This document shows positions 26,111 to 40,659 of a DNA stretch of 64,000 nucleotides, piece by piece. The notes beneath the pieces are model-generated. The model was not told the DNA's origin. It saw only the letters and a list, made by a program, of their open reading frames with translations, and did no database searches. This DNA is from Octopus sinensis (Eukaryota): positions 32,860,001 through 32,924,000 of the forward strand of contig NC_043014.1 of assembly GCF_006345805.1 (NCBI RefSeq), read 5' to 3'. Both the position numbers and the translations under genes were made by a program. The first letter of the stretch is position 1. Every line of letters starts with the position of its first letter.

Positions 26111-26586
26111 TTCCCTTCTCAGATTCACGCACTTATTGCAGTGGTCCTTCACTTTTTCCCAGCCCTGTAGAAGAACTCAGATATTTGGTCCTCCAGCCAG
26201 ACCTTTCATAATATCCTTAAAGCCAAGAACTATTCAGCAGCCATTCCTATCTATAGTTTTAGATGAGTGTGTGTGTGTTTGTGTTTGAGTATGCATTGTA
26301 TATGAATGTATGTGTGTGGTTGTGTATTTGTATGTATGTGTCCAATCGTACATGTGTCATTGGGGAGCATGTAAGTGCATGCATATGTATGCTTGTGTGA
26401 GCATTTCTGCATGTGATGCATACATATATTTATATGCATATCTGCATGTGTTTATGTGTGTGTGTGTGGTGTATAAGCAATTTTGTGTGTATGCATGAGT
26501 GTGTGTGGTGTGTGTGAGTGTGTAACTGTGTTTGTGAATGCATGTCCATATGGATTTGTGGTGCATATGTGGTGGGTGTATGTGAG

Positions 26587-26627
<41 letters not shown>

Positions 26628-26799
26628 ATGAATGTAATGGCCAAATCTATATTGGTTATAAAAGGATGTTTATTCATATTGAGTGATTCTTTTCTTCAAG
26701 GTGTGCAAAGAGGTTAATGTAGAATGAACTCATTGCTCTGCAAATATAATCATAATAATAATAATAATAATAATCATATAATTAATAAAACTTGTAACA

Positions 26800-27249
26800 A
26801 TCATGGTGATGACGATGCTGACGACCATGATGATCACAGACATAACAGCTATGATGATGATGATGATGATGATAACGATGATGCCGATAACGATGATGAT
26901 GATGATAACGATGATGATGATAACGATGATGATGATGATGATGAGATGATAATGATGATACTGCAGCTGCTGATGATGATGATAATGATGACAACAACAA
27001 ATTGCTGATGGTGATCATGTGATAAAAATGATGATGATGATGATGATGATGAGGAAGATGACGAGGAGGAGGAGGAGGAAAATGATGACGACAGTGACAA
27101 TGATGATAACAACAACAACAACAACAACGACAATGACAACAACAACAGCAACGACAGGGATGCCAATGATGCTGAAATGATGACGTTGATGATGATGATG
27201 GTGAGGTTATTGATGTTGATGGCAATCATGCTGATGATGATAGTAACAA

Positions 27250-27283
<34 letters not shown>

Positions 27284-27435
27284 GGTGGTGGTGGTGGTGG
27301 TGGTGGTGTGGTGGTGGTGGTGATGATGATCACCATCATCATCATCATCATCATGCTGACGATGATGATACCAATGATCATGATCATGACAATAATCATG
27401 ACGATGATGATGATGATGATGATGATGATGACGAC
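26800..27435. repeat. (GAT)n/(GGT)n/(AAC)n trinucleotide mosaic
   Basis: Directly visible. Confidence 0.95.
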
Positions 27436-27607
27436 TGACGAATGACGATAAAATATTTGGGATTGTGCTTCATTTACCACAACAATCCTTCATTAAATCA
27501 ATTTTAAGTGTTTCTATTGTTATTATGATTCACCAGATATTCTTCTGATAAAACATTTTCAAACTGGTTCCATTTTTCTTCCTATTTTTTTGGCTTTTAA
27601 TATTATT

Positions 27608-27671
<64 letters not shown>

Positions 27672-29320
27672 TGATTTCTATGTTTTTATATGTTTTACTC
27701 TGTGTGTATCAGAACAGGATTGGGCTGGGGTTGGGGGGTCTTTGTATTTGTATTTTATGAGTTTTTTGGGTCTTTTCTTTTTTTTTTGCAATCTTCTTTT
27801 TCTTATTTGTTTCATTTTCTTCCTTTCTTTCTAATCCAAACAAGCTTTATGATTAAACTCCACCCAAAACACAACAGAGCTGACCAGAAAAACAGAATGG
27901 CTTTCAAGGAACAAACATGGCTGATGACAAGATGGCTTAGCATTATTCATTTTTCCATTAATTATTAAAGGATGCACTCAATAAAAGTAGCCTAATTTGA
28001 TTGCTAGTTATGTTGTTGTTATTTTCCCTCCAATTTTTTTCATGTTTTATTCATTTTCTTTGGTTATTTTATTGATTGTTTTCTTTTTCTCTCTCTCCCT
28101 CTTCGGTATTTGTCTTGAAATTTCATTCAATTAGACTGTTCATTTATATTGTCTTCTTCAATCCAGTTTTCAAACAAACTGCGTTCATATTCCTGTCACA
28201 TCTCATGGATATTGCTTTCCATTTTGCTCGTACAAATGGCAGAGAAGATTATTAAAAGCAAATAACAGGATTATTTTTTTTATTTAAAATTTTGCCCTTC
28301 ATTTAATTTTTCTTTTTCCTTTATTCAATGAAGGTCATAATATTTTTTTCTTTTTAATTATTCCCACCACTATAATTTTTTTTTCCTTTCTTATTCCTCT
28401 CTGAGGGCTTTCATTTTAGATTTTGGTTTTGCTTTCAATTTTAGTTTCTGTCCATTGATGCAAAAATTCTCCACCAAAAATTTAGTTTTGTCAGGTTCTT
28501 TTGTTTTTTTTAAATTATACATTTTGTTTTAGCTTTTAAAAGGGAACAAAACATAATTATAAAAGAAGGTTCATCCATTATTAATTGATGGATTTTAGTT
28601 ATTACTATTTTAAGAGACTTTCCTATAATACTCTTGAAGGCAACAAATAATTGCTAAATAAGAAAATAGAATTGGAACTATTTAAGGAGTTCATATTATT
28701 ATCACTTAAAACTCTTTGTTATTAAACTCTACTTCATGAATTTAGCTATTGTTTGTAAAAAGAAAGTAACTTTACAAAAAATGTATCTTTAATATTCTTT
28801 AGGACTTTGATTTATCAATAGGCATGCGTGGATTTATTAGCAGCAGCATTTTATGTCCATTTGTACTCATTACCTGCACACTGCTTCTTCATTTGTCATG
28901 TACACTAACAGAGAAAAGCAGTTAATCTTTGTCGTTGTGGACGTAATGCTTATTTGATACGGATGTTGCAGCTAGATGTCCATCTTGTCTGCCTTGTAGC
29001 AGTTTCTTTTCGGGGTTACTGTTCTCTTAGGCAGGTTCCTTTCATTGTGACTGGCAGAATTTACATCTTCTCTATTATATGTGTGTGTGTGTGTGTGTGT
29101 GTGCAAGTGTGCATGCATGTGTGTATGCACGTGTGTGTGTGTGTATGCATGTATGTGTGTGTAGGGGTATGGTCTAGTGGCGAGAGTACTTGGCTCAAGA
29201 TCGCAAGATTGCGTGTTCACTTCCTGGACCAATTTGCACATTTATTCATAAGCAAGGATTCTCATTTCATGTTGCTCCAATTTACTCAGCTCTAAATGAA
29301 TACCAACAAATTAGCATTAC

Positions 29321-29365
<45 letters not shown>

Positions 29366-29470
29366 TCTCTCTCTCTCTCCCTTTCTCTTCATATATCACA
29401 CTATGGATGTTCTACAGGGTCAAGATTGCAGGAGTTGAGTGTTTATAGTTACTAAGAAAACAGTATGCAC

Positions 29471-29528
<58 letters not shown>

Positions 29529-29704
29529 GTGATACACGATCTCTATTGATCGGTCCCATTTTTTCTTTCACGATCCCTTTTGATCAGAATCCGAACCCTT
29601 TCTGTTTTTTGTCTTCTCTTCTTCCCAAAAAGAAAAGTTCTACTTTGCATTTTGTCCCTTCTGTGTTCATCCCTGCATGGCCAATAAAGAAATCTATCTA
29701 TATA

Positions 29705-29747
<43 letters not shown>

Positions 29748-29750
<3 letters not shown>

Positions 29751-30083
29751 CGTTGCCAGCCTCGGCTGGCCCCCGTGCCGGTGACATGTAAAAGCACCGC
29801 CCGTTCGTGGCCGTCTGCCAGCTCTGTCTGGCCCCGTGTCGGTGGCACGTAAAAGCACCATCCGTTCGTGGCCGTTTGCCAGCTCTGTCTGGCACCTGTG
29901 CAGGTGGCACGTAAAAAACACCCACTACACTCGCGGAGTGGTTGGCGTTAGGAAGGGCATCCAGCCGTAGAAACACTGCCAGATCTGACTGGGCCTGACG
30001 AAGCCTTCCAGCTTCACAGACCCCAGTTGACCCGTCCAACCCATGCTAGCATGGAAAGCGGACGCTAAATGATGATGATGATA
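29748..30083 (+). mobile_element. Young RTE 3'-UTR-only insertion with three ~60-nt modules
   Basis: CpG-rich; tandem GGTGRCACGTAAAAGCACC...GTTCGTGGCCGT units; (GAT)n tail. Confidence 0.85.
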
Positions 30084-30097
30084 TATAGACACACACA

Positions 30098-30298
30098 TAT
30101 TCTTTTATTCTTTTACTTGTTTCAGGCATTTGATTGCAGCCATGCTGTAGCACCGCCTTTAGTCGAACAAATCAAGCCAGGACTTATTCTTTGTAAGCCT
30201 TGTACTTACTCTATTGGTCTCTTTTGCTGAACCACTAAGTTACAGGGATGTAAACATACCAGCATTGGTTGTCAAGCGATGGTGGGGGACAAACACAG

Positions 30299-30330
<32 letters not shown>

Positions 30331-31113
30331 GATGGGCTTCTTTCAGTTTCTATCTACTAAATCCACTCACAAGTCTTTGATCGGCCTGAGGCTATAGTAG
30401 AAGACACTTTCCCAAGGTTCCATGCAGTGGGATTGAATCCAGAACCATGTGGTTGGGAAGCAAGCTTCTTACCACACAATACAAATATATACAAGTGGCT
30501 GCTGAAAAGTACCTGGCTTTGGTAAAAAAAAAATACAGGAGTGTCAGTTAATTATGATTTTATTCAACATATTCCCCTCTCAGATTCACACACTTATTGC
30601 AGCAGTCCTTCAGTTTTTATAAGCCTTGTAAAAGAACCCAGAAGACTGTGTTTCCAACTACGCCTTTCACAATATTCTCAAAGCCATTAACTTTTCAGTA
30701 AGTGTATTTACTCTTTTACTTGTTTCAGTCATTTGACTGTGGCCATGCTGAAGCACCGCCTTTAATCGAGCAACTCGACCCCGGGATTTATTCTTTTGTA
30801 AGTCCAGTACTTATTCTATCGGTCTCTTTTGCCGAACCGCTAAGTTACTGGTTCATAAACACACCAGCATCGGTTGTCAAGCAATGCTAGGGTGACAAAC
30901 ACAGATACACAAACACACACATGCATATATATATATATATATATATATACGACAGGCTTCTTTTCAGTTTCCGTCTACCAAATCCACTCACAAGGCTTTG
31001 GTCGGCCTGAGGCTATAGTAGAAGACACTTGCCCAAGGTGCCAGGCAGTGGGCCTGAACCCAGAACCATGTGGTTGGTAAACAAGCTACTTACCACACAG
31101 CCACTCCTGCGCC

Positions 31114-31115
<2 letters not shown>
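30098..31115 (-). mobile_element. Two SINE family A copies (30098-30478, 30706-31115) separated by a mariner MITE (30490-30705)
   Basis: Family A head GGCGCAGGAGTGGCTGTGTGGTAAG with A box TGGCTGTGTGG and B box GGTTCAGGCCC; the MITE shares its internal sequence with 49366-49581. Confidence 0.85.
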
Positions 31116-31157
<42 letters not shown>

Positions 31158-31164
31158 ATATTAT

Positions 31165-31210
<46 letters not shown>

Positions 31211-31212
<2 letters not shown>

Positions 31213-31480
31213 GGCACATGGTTCAGTGATTAAGGTGTTGCACTCATGATTGTGAGATTGTGGGTTCAATTCCCAGACCGGACATTGCGTTGTGTTCTTG
31301 AGCAAAGCACTTCATTTCATGTTGCTCTGCAGTGGCACCCATTGCACCTGTACAGATAATGTCGATTTGATGGAGGGAGTGAGCTTAAGTGTATACAAAC
31401 ATTTGATTACTCTAAACAAATCATCTGTGTGGTCGTTTGGTAAGAAATTGTTGAGCCGTCATACATTCTAACAATGCACA
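31211..31480 (+). mobile_element. SINE family C
   Basis: GGCACATGGTTCAGTGATTAAG...GGTTCAATTCCC head. Confidence 0.75.
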
Positions 31481-33014
31481 GGTTCTATTTTGCTTCCTCA
31501 CATTGTTCATTCTGTGAAGTGGTTGACTTTGGGAAGGGCATCCAACCAGAGAAACCAAAACAAGAATGAAAGTTACATAAATGCAATATGGCCCTTCAAC
31601 CCGCCGAGGAGGGCACCAACAATCAATCCATCAACCCATACCAGGAAGGAAAGTGGATGTAAAAAGATGAGGATGATGGTGATAGCAATGATGGCAACAA
31701 TGAAGAAAATGACAACAATGATTCCATTAATGATGATGGTGGTGGTGGTGGTGGTGGTGGTAATGACAATGATGATGATGACGGCGACGATGGTGGCAGC
31801 AGCAGCGGTGGTGGTGGTGGTGGTGGTGGTGGTGGTGATGACATACAGCACTATTTATATGTAGGATGCTCTTTATAGTCATAACAATAAGGTAAATTTG
31901 AACAATGTTTTATAAAGTCTTATTATGTATGTTAAGTATGACCATATATTCTATTTAAATGTCAACATATTATGTTTAGAAATGAAGATAGGTAACTATG
32001 GCAATGAAGGCCAAAAAAATGAATGCTGCTTATAGAATAGGAGTTGTTAGTGGAATGATTAAATACATTGACTTCCAAAATTTCACAAATAACACAGTGT
32101 AGCAAAATTCCTATTTTCTTTCTTTTTTTTTTCCTTTGGACAGTAAATGTTATTTCCTTTTTGCTTCTTTCTAGAAATCAAAGGAAATGACTACTATTCA
32201 GATTTTGCTTTTGTGACCTGGTCATCAATATTTTGAAACTGATCTATTTTCCATTACATTTCAGATTCAGTACTAAGTTGATGAAGCAGAAATATTGTTA
32301 TAGCAAATATACTGCTCAATACCACAGATTTGCTTGTCAGTTGCTTGACATGTCCCTTAGTGGCTGACAATATGTGTATCTCTGATCATGAGCAGGAGTA
32401 GTGAGGGAGGCATCATAGCCATGTGTTGAGAAGGATTTTTGTGGGCTTGAATAAATGTAACAAAAGCAAAGTTTGAACCATTTCCCGAACCATATTAACC
32501 ATCTTTCATAGTTTCTAGGGATGAGAAAATAGGAAATAACAGTTACAACCAACCCAAGGACAAAATTCATGCTATACAGTGTATACAGTTATAAAAAGTT
32601 ATACAGTTATAAAAAGTAAAGCTGTCTTTAGCGGAATTTGAATGCAAGCAAACAAAAGAAATACTGTAATTCATTTTATCCAATATCTTGTGGATTCTGC
32701 AAATTTATCACCCTGACATGTTTAGAAATGATGGCTTCAACATTTTTGTTTTGTTGTTTGTTTTTTGTTGTTGTTTTTTTTTGGGGGGGGGTTTCAGTAT
32801 GAGAGTAACAATTCTGGTAAGATGGAGCTAGTCAACAACATCATCTCCAGAGTTCAACAGGTACTTATTTATTTTATCAACACTGAAAAAAAAATGGCAA
32901 AGTCAACCTCAGCAGCATTTAAACCCAGAATGTAAAAAGCAGGAAGAAACATCACTAAGCATCTTACCTGACATCTGGTTGATTCTACAAGCTTGCTTCA
33001 TCAAATAATCCTTT

Positions 33015-33672
33015 CTACAATAGGCACAATGCCTGAAATTTGAGGGGAGGGGACTAGTCAATGACATCAACCCCAGTGTTTCACTGGTACTTAAGTTATT
33101 GACCTTGAAAGAATGAAAAGCAAAGTCAAGTTTAGCAGAATTTTAACTCAGAGCATCAAGGTGAACGAAATACCACTAACCATTTCACCCATGTGCTAAT
33201 GATTCTTCTAGTTCACCACCTTATTATGTTGAAATAATAACAAGGGAAATGTGAGTCAGCAAATATATTATAGAAATGTATTACATTAAAATTCTTTCTT
33301 TTTTTTTTCCTTTATTTGTTTCAGTCATTTGACTGTGGTCATGCTAGAGCACCACCTTTAGTCAAGCAAATCAAGCCCAGGATTTATTCTTTGTAAAGCC
33401 TTGTACTTATTCTATCGGTCTCTTTTGCCAAACCGCTAAGTGACGGGGACATAAACACACCACCATCAGTTTTCAAACACAGACACACACACACACACAC
33501 GTGCATATATATATATATATATATATATGATGGGCTCCTTTCAGTTTCCATCAACCAAATCCACTCACAAGGCCTGAGGCTATAGTAGAAGACACTTGCC
33601 CAAGGTGCCACGCAGTGGGACTGAACCTAGAACCATGTGGTTGGTAAGCAAGCTACTTTTCATACAGCCACT
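33015..33672 (-). mobile_element. SINE family B (33015-33215) and SINE family A (33310-33672)
   Basis: Shared family motifs in reverse orientation. Confidence 0.8.
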
Positions 33673-35424
33673 CGTGGAGAAATTATGTTGTAGGGCAGTA
33701 GTAGCATTAGTGATGTGTAGTATTATAGTGGTACTGATGTTGTTAGGTATAGTTGTGGAATTTTGCCAGTATAGGAATGGTAAGTGCAATATAATGGTAG
33801 TTTTGTGTAATACAATGGTAGCGATATGTGAGATAATGTGTCGTACAGTTGAGGTAATAAGTGACACAGTCATGAGGATGGGAGTGCTGGTGGTGGTGGT
33901 GGTGGTGGTGATGGTGGTGGTGGTGGTGGTGGTGATGGTGGTGGTGGTGGTGGTGGTGGTGGCAGTGTTGGTTGGTATCGTATACCACTGGTGCTCAGTG
34001 GTATGATGCTGTGTTGTATGATGTGCTATTAGTAATACACAGCATACTAAAATAGAAAGTAATGGAAGTAAAGTTGCTCATAGTTTTAGAGAATATGTTG
34101 TATGATTGTGTGTGTGTGTGCGTGCGTATGTGCGTGCGTGTGTGTGTGTTAGTGTTTCTGTGTGCTTATGCGAAACTATTTATCCATTCCTTTCTCTCAA
34201 GAAAATATGTATGTGAGTGTGTATGTATATGTGTGTGCTTGTGTGTATGTGTGTGTGTGTGTGCTTGTGTGTGTATGTATGTGTGTGTGTACATAGATAC
34301 AAACACACACACACATGCACACACACCTATACTATACATATATAAAATCCTAAGCCATGCTACTTTTACACATACATACATACACACAACATATGTGTGT
34401 GTATGTGTGTGTGTGTGTGCATGTGTGTGTATAAACGCAGGTGTGTGTGTGTATATAATACATTTATATATACACACATTCATATATATATATATATACA
34501 CATACACACACATGCTCACATGCACACACACACTCACACACACACATATACATATATGCAAATGTATGGTTGTATGTCTATGTATGTATGTGTATGTATA
34601 CATATATATATGTGTGTGTGTACATTCATACATACACATGTATGTATGTATATATATACACACACACATATATAAATGTGTGCATTTGTGCATGTATGTA
34701 TATATGTATGTAAATTTATATATTTATGTCTATGTATGTGCGTGTATGTATATATGTGTGTATATATATATATATGTATATGTATATGTATGCATGCATG
34801 TATGTATGTATGTATGTATGTATGTATGTATGTATGTATATGTATACACTGACATACACATGTATACATACATGCACACGCATACAGATGCATGTATGCT
34901 TCTAGTAAATTAAGACCTACATAGACTCTGCTCTGACTCACTGCCTCACCATAAAATGTGAATTACACGTGAATTATAGCTAATTATATTAGCAAGCCAA
35001 ATATGGCCGCCATATTTAAGTATGTTGGACACATTCAGATAACTCGGACACCAATGGCATTATTATTATTATTATATTCACATTCAATTGGAATGATCCA
35101 GATTCTTATTGAAATTGCTATGAACTGATAATAGATAACCAGCTTGAAATGGTGAGTTGGCGGTGTTCTTTCAGTCAAGTTTTAAGTAGGTTCACTAATT
35201 CCCCGCCATTATCATTGAGAACTTTGTCAAGTAATATTCATCTTGTGTATAAATATTCTCACATTATGTCTGTCCGTTTGCCTGTATGAGCATCTGTTTG
35301 TTTGTCTGTCTGTCTACCTGCCTGTCTCTCTGTCTGTTTCTTCGGCGATGCTGCGGTTGACCATTTGTATCAGTTGAATGTCTGTTAGTCTGTCTGTACA
35401 TCTGTTTGTCTGACTAAATCTGTA

Positions 35425-35487
<63 letters not shown>

Positions 35488-35757
35488 TTATCTCTCTCTC
35501 TCTTTCTCTATCTCTATCTATCTATCTATTTATCTCTCTCTCTCTCTCTCTCTCTATCTCTATCTATCTATCTATCTATCTCTCTCTCTCTCTCTTCTTC
35601 ACTCTTACTGTCATAGTTGTGTGGTTAAGAAGCTCATTTTGCAACCACGTAGTTTCAGGTTCAATCCAGCTTCTTCTAATACAGCCTGCAGTTGAACGAT
35701 GCTTTGTGGGTGAAATTTGGCAGATAAAAACACACACATACACACATATATCATCAC

Positions 35758-35804
<47 letters not shown>

Positions 35805-35842
35805 CCACCACCCCACCACCACCACCACCATCATATTTTTAT

Positions 35843-36255
35843 CTTTTATCTTTTACTTGTTTCAGTCATTAGACTGAGGCCTTGCTGGAGCACTGCCTTG
35901 AAGAATTGTTAGCCGAATACCTCGACCCCAGAACTTATTTTTATAAGCCTCGTACTTATTCTATCAACCTCTTTTACTGAATGCTAGGTGACAGGGATGT
36001 AAACACACCAGCATCAGTTGTCAAGCAGTGGTGGTGGGGGTTTGGGACAAACATACACACAAAGACACACACACACACACACTCACATATATTATACATA
36101 TACAAGATGGGATTCTTTCAGTTTCTGCTACCAAATCCACTGACAAGACTTTGGTTAGCCCAATGCTATAGTAGAAAACCCTTGCCCAAGGTGCAGTGGG
36201 ACTGAACCCAGAAGCATGTAGTTGGAAAGCAAGCTTCTTACCTGCACACTGGTAT
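35843..36255 (-). mobile_element. SINE family A
   Basis: Colinear with 62242-62664 in reverse orientation. Confidence 0.8.
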
Positions 36256-36376
36256 AGGTTGTCTGGGTAGTCACAGTCTGGGTCTCCTTTCCCCTTTGGG
36301 AGTTACCATTCCCAAAGATTAAGGTACTCATACCTAACATTTGGCTTAATTTCTATGAGTGGATATCCCTTCTTAA

Positions 36377-36635
36377 CCCTTTTGCTACCATATTTCTGTC
36401 GAGGTGCTCTGTGTTTCTTTCAATTAATTTTAAATATAATAAAGAATTTAGTATGTTTCTTCCAATTAATTTTGAATATAATAAAGAATTTAGTAAAATA
36501 ACTTAGTTATCATTAAGCTAGTGTTCGGAACATAAATTGTGACAAAGGTTTGATGGAAGATTTTGATTTAGAACTTTTGAAAACAGAACATTTGTACAAC
36601 CAGGGGCAGTTTCAGGTGGGTTGGTATCAAAAGGG
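36377..36635. mobile_element. piggyBac-type MITE
   Basis: TTAA|CCCTTTTGCTACCA ... TGGTATCAAAAGGG|TTAA; TTAA TSD at 36373-36376 and 36636-36639; internal ~42-bp tandem duplication. Confidence 0.85.
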
Positions 36636-37189
36636 TTAATGCCAACCACTCTACAAAGTGTACTTGGTGTATTTTCTCATAGCACCAGCACTATAGAGGT
36701 TGAATAGTCCTGAGTGAGACAGGACTAGAAGGATCTCATAACCTTACACTTTCTGAGCTCCTTTAACCAATCACTTTATAGTGTGAACAGTTGGTGATAG
36801 GGCTTGTACCCAGTAAATGTAAATTTGGAGAGGGAACAATGATGACAGAAAGGGCCAGATATAGGTATTTGAGAGAAGGGATAGGGAATAAATGTAGGTA
36901 TAAAAAGTACTCATTAAATTAGGACATGTACATTGGTATAAGTGACCAAGGATGGGATTTGGTGAGATAGAAAAGAAAGATCAACAACATTTGAAGAACT
37001 AGAATGGGTGGCAGAGTAGCAGGAATGAGAGTATGATGGGAAAAAGGTAGAAATATATAGGGGTGGTCAGTTGGAGAGTAAGTGATTGGGAGTAGCAAAT
37101 GGACACAGGTATAGATGATGGTGATGAGATCAAGGTGAGAGTATGTAGGAGTGATAGAAGTGATTAGCAATTACAAAGGTAATCATCAT

Positions 37190-37640
37190 CATCATCATCA
37201 TCATTTAACGTCCGCTTTCCATGCTAGCATGAGTTGGACGATTTGACTGAGGGCTGGCGAACCAGATGGCTGCAACCAGACTCCAATCATGATCTGCTAG
37301 AGTTTCTACAGCTGGATGCCCTTCCTAACGCCGACCATTCTGAGTGCGTAGTGGGTGCTTTTACATGCCACCGGCACGGGGGCCAGTCAGGTGGTACTGG
37401 CAATGACCTCGCTTGAATGTTTTTACATGTGCTACTGGTACAAGTGCCAGTAAGGCGACGCTGGTAACGATCACGCTCAAATGGTACCTTTTATGTGCCA
37501 CCAGCACGGAAGCCAGTTAGCCGCTCTGGCAATGATCACGCTTGGATGGTGCTCCCAGCACCCCACCAGCATGGGGCACAAGTGCCAGCAAGGCGACGCT
37601 GGCAATGATCCCACTCGAATGGTGCCTTCCACACGACACT
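37190..37640 (-). mobile_element. RTE 3'-UTR-only insertion with tandem modules
   Basis: (CAT)n then TTTAACGTCCGCTTTCCATGC, the reverse complement of the RTE tail. Confidence 0.85.
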
Positions 37641-37737
37641 GGAGTGGAACAAAGATGTAAAGTGAGAAGCAACAAATGCAGGCATGGCTAAGTATAAATA
37701 TTGTGGCCACTAAACATTAGGCTGCACATTTCTCTTT

Positions 37738-37955
37738 CATTTTTATTTTACTTGTTTCAGTAATTTGACTACGGCCATGCTGGAGCACTGCCTTTAGTCG
37801 AGCAAATCAACCCCAGGACTTATTCTTTGTAAGCCTAATACTTATTCTATTGGTCTCTTTTGCTGAACTACTACATTATGGGGACATAAACACACTAGCA
37901 TCGGTTGTCAAGCAATGTTGGGGGAACAAACACAGACACACAAACATATACACAC

Positions 37956-38006
<51 letters not shown>

Positions 38007-38360
38007 ACGACGGGCTTCTTTCAGTTTCTGTCTACCAAATCCACTCACAAGGCTTTGGTCAGCCTGAGGCTATAGTAGAAGACACTTGCCCGAGGTGCCA
38101 TGCAGTGGGAATGAACCTGGAACCATGTGGTTGGTAAGCAAGCTACTTACCACACTGCCACTCTTGTGCCTATAAATTTTTAATCTTCACAGTTCTTTGT
38201 CATCCCTTCCATGAGTCAACTCCCACCACTTTATCCTATATCTTCTTTGGTTTCCCTCTTCTGCAGGTCCCTCTAAGCTGGAGTACTCGGCACATCTTTA
38301 TACAATAGTCATCTTCCATGTACATAGTATGTCCACACCAGTGCATCTTTTTTTCTGTAC
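37738..38360 (-). mobile_element. SINE family A (37738-38172) and a decayed RTE C-terminal fragment (38190-38360)
   Basis: Family A motifs; minus-strand MHWCGHTMYMEDD resembles LHWYGHVMRMDED. Confidence 0.7.
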
Positions 38361-38903
38361 ACAACACCTGATACCTCTCATATACAGTTTTTCTTTCTGT
38401 TCATTTGTACTTTGGCTTTCATGCACTCTACAATATACAGCCAATGGAGCATGCTTGCTTCACTTCTTCCTAACCTTCTCAGGCATTCTCCTTTCAAGCC
38501 CTTATATTTGTTTCAGTACAAGCTGTTGTACATACTGTATACATATACTATAGATATATGCTAGCAAAATCTTTAAACATCTCTATATCTCCAACCACTA
38601 CTTAAATGCTAGATCTAAGATTTTCATAAAATATAATCACTTTGAGAAACATATATTTTGTAACTGAATCATAGCATAATTACTTAACACAGTCTTGCCA
38701 CTATACTCCCACTTTCCCCAGATTAAGTCAGCTAATTGTGGTATGGTGCAGTTACATTATAGGTGTTTGTTAAAATGTCAACATTTTGTGGAACTTTCAG
38801 TTCTAAGATTTAAGTAGGAATTAGAGATGTGTAGATTTTTGAGGTTGTGGCAGTGCATATATGCATGTGTGTGTGTGTTTCTGTGTGTGTGTCTGTGTGT
38901 GTC

Positions 38904-38953
<50 letters not shown>

Positions 38954-39119
38954 CATGCAGAGCTCTTTTGCATGCACCACTAAGCACAGAAACATACACA
39001 GGGAAGTATACATACACATATGCAGAGAAAAATCCACACATATATATATATGTATACATATATATTTGATGATGATACATGCATATATACATTCATATAC
39101 ATATACATACATACATACA

Positions 39120-39167
<48 letters not shown>

Positions 39168-39308
39168 CATAGGTATGTGTGTATATATAAATGTAGTGTA
39201 TGTGTATATATATACATATATATACATATATATATATACATATACACATACATATATACATATGTATGTGCGTGTGTGTGTGTGTATATATATGTATATA
39301 TGTTTATT

Positions 39309-39339
<31 letters not shown>

Positions 39340-40557
39340 ATGTACATATATATACATATATATATCAATATGTATTGGTGAGGATTATCCATATGCAAAG
39401 TCATATGTGTTTGCTCTTATAAACTTTATTCTTCACCTTCTTCATATTTTTTATTTTCTTCTTTTTCCTTCTCCTTCTCTTCTTCTGCTTCCCATCACTG
39501 GCTATTTATCTTCATCTATTTCCCTTCACTTATCTATTTTGTCATTCATTTTATCTATTTATCACATTGCTTTTCTTGTGTCTTTTTTTTTTGTTGAGAT
39601 TTTTATGTGCTGCTAAATGAAAATAATATATTTCTACCCTCAGACAGTTATATGCTTGTAACTGTCATTTGGCTCAATCCCATAAATGGAAACAGATTAT
39701 TTTTCACATTTTGTAATATTTCTAAATTTTGCAGTGAAATAAATATGGGTTTGATGAGTGTCTTCATTGCACATGACATGAAACTTAGAATAGGCACCAT
39801 TCATTGTATAACTTGTAATGTTTGTATATGTGCATGCAAACACACATACACACACAAACACACACACACAGTACGTGCGCACATACACACACACACACAC
39901 ACACATGCACAGAGACACACACACATATATATGCATATATATATATATATATATGTTGGGGAATTTTTAGTCAAACAAATCAACCCCAGTGCTTATGTTT
40001 GTTAAGCCTGGTACTTCTTGTAACAATCTGTTATAACAAACTGCTACGTTATGAGGAAGTAAACAAACCAACATCAGACAGCGGTTGTCATGCAGTGGTG
40101 GGGGATAAACACAGATGCAAACACACACACATACACACATACACATATATACAGTGGGATTCTTTCAGTTTCCATCAACCAAATCACTCACAAAGCTTTT
40201 GCTAGGCTGTGGCTATAGTAGAAGACACCTGCCCAAGCTACCATGCAATGGGACGGAACGTAGAACCGTCTGGTTCTGGAAATACTTCTTAATATGTATA
40301 TATTATTTTGGTCAAGTCAGTTGCTTTCTACTCCTAGATTCACATGTTTGTGCACAGGATTATCAGGCAAGTTATGTTATAACTTGCCTGAGGATCCTGT
40401 GCACCAACAGCTGAAAGTGAGAGTAGCAAGAGAATGATGCAAGCAAAATATAATATATTATTAATCTCTACTATGGTATTAAGTACTCATTTTATCTGAC
40501 AGTTAACACTAAATACATATATATATATGTAAGTATGTATATATATATATATATATT

Positions 40558-40591
<34 letters not shown>

Positions 40592-40659
40592 TGTGCATAT
40601 ATATGTATTTATGTATGTATGTATGTATACATGTATGTATGTATATATGGAGGTAGCAC

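Noticed and set aside
40388-40425. CTGAGGA ... GAAA next to the 40.35-kb hairpin
   Set aside because: Stem II closes with two mismatches, stem III does not pair, and the core is sequestered in the hairpin.
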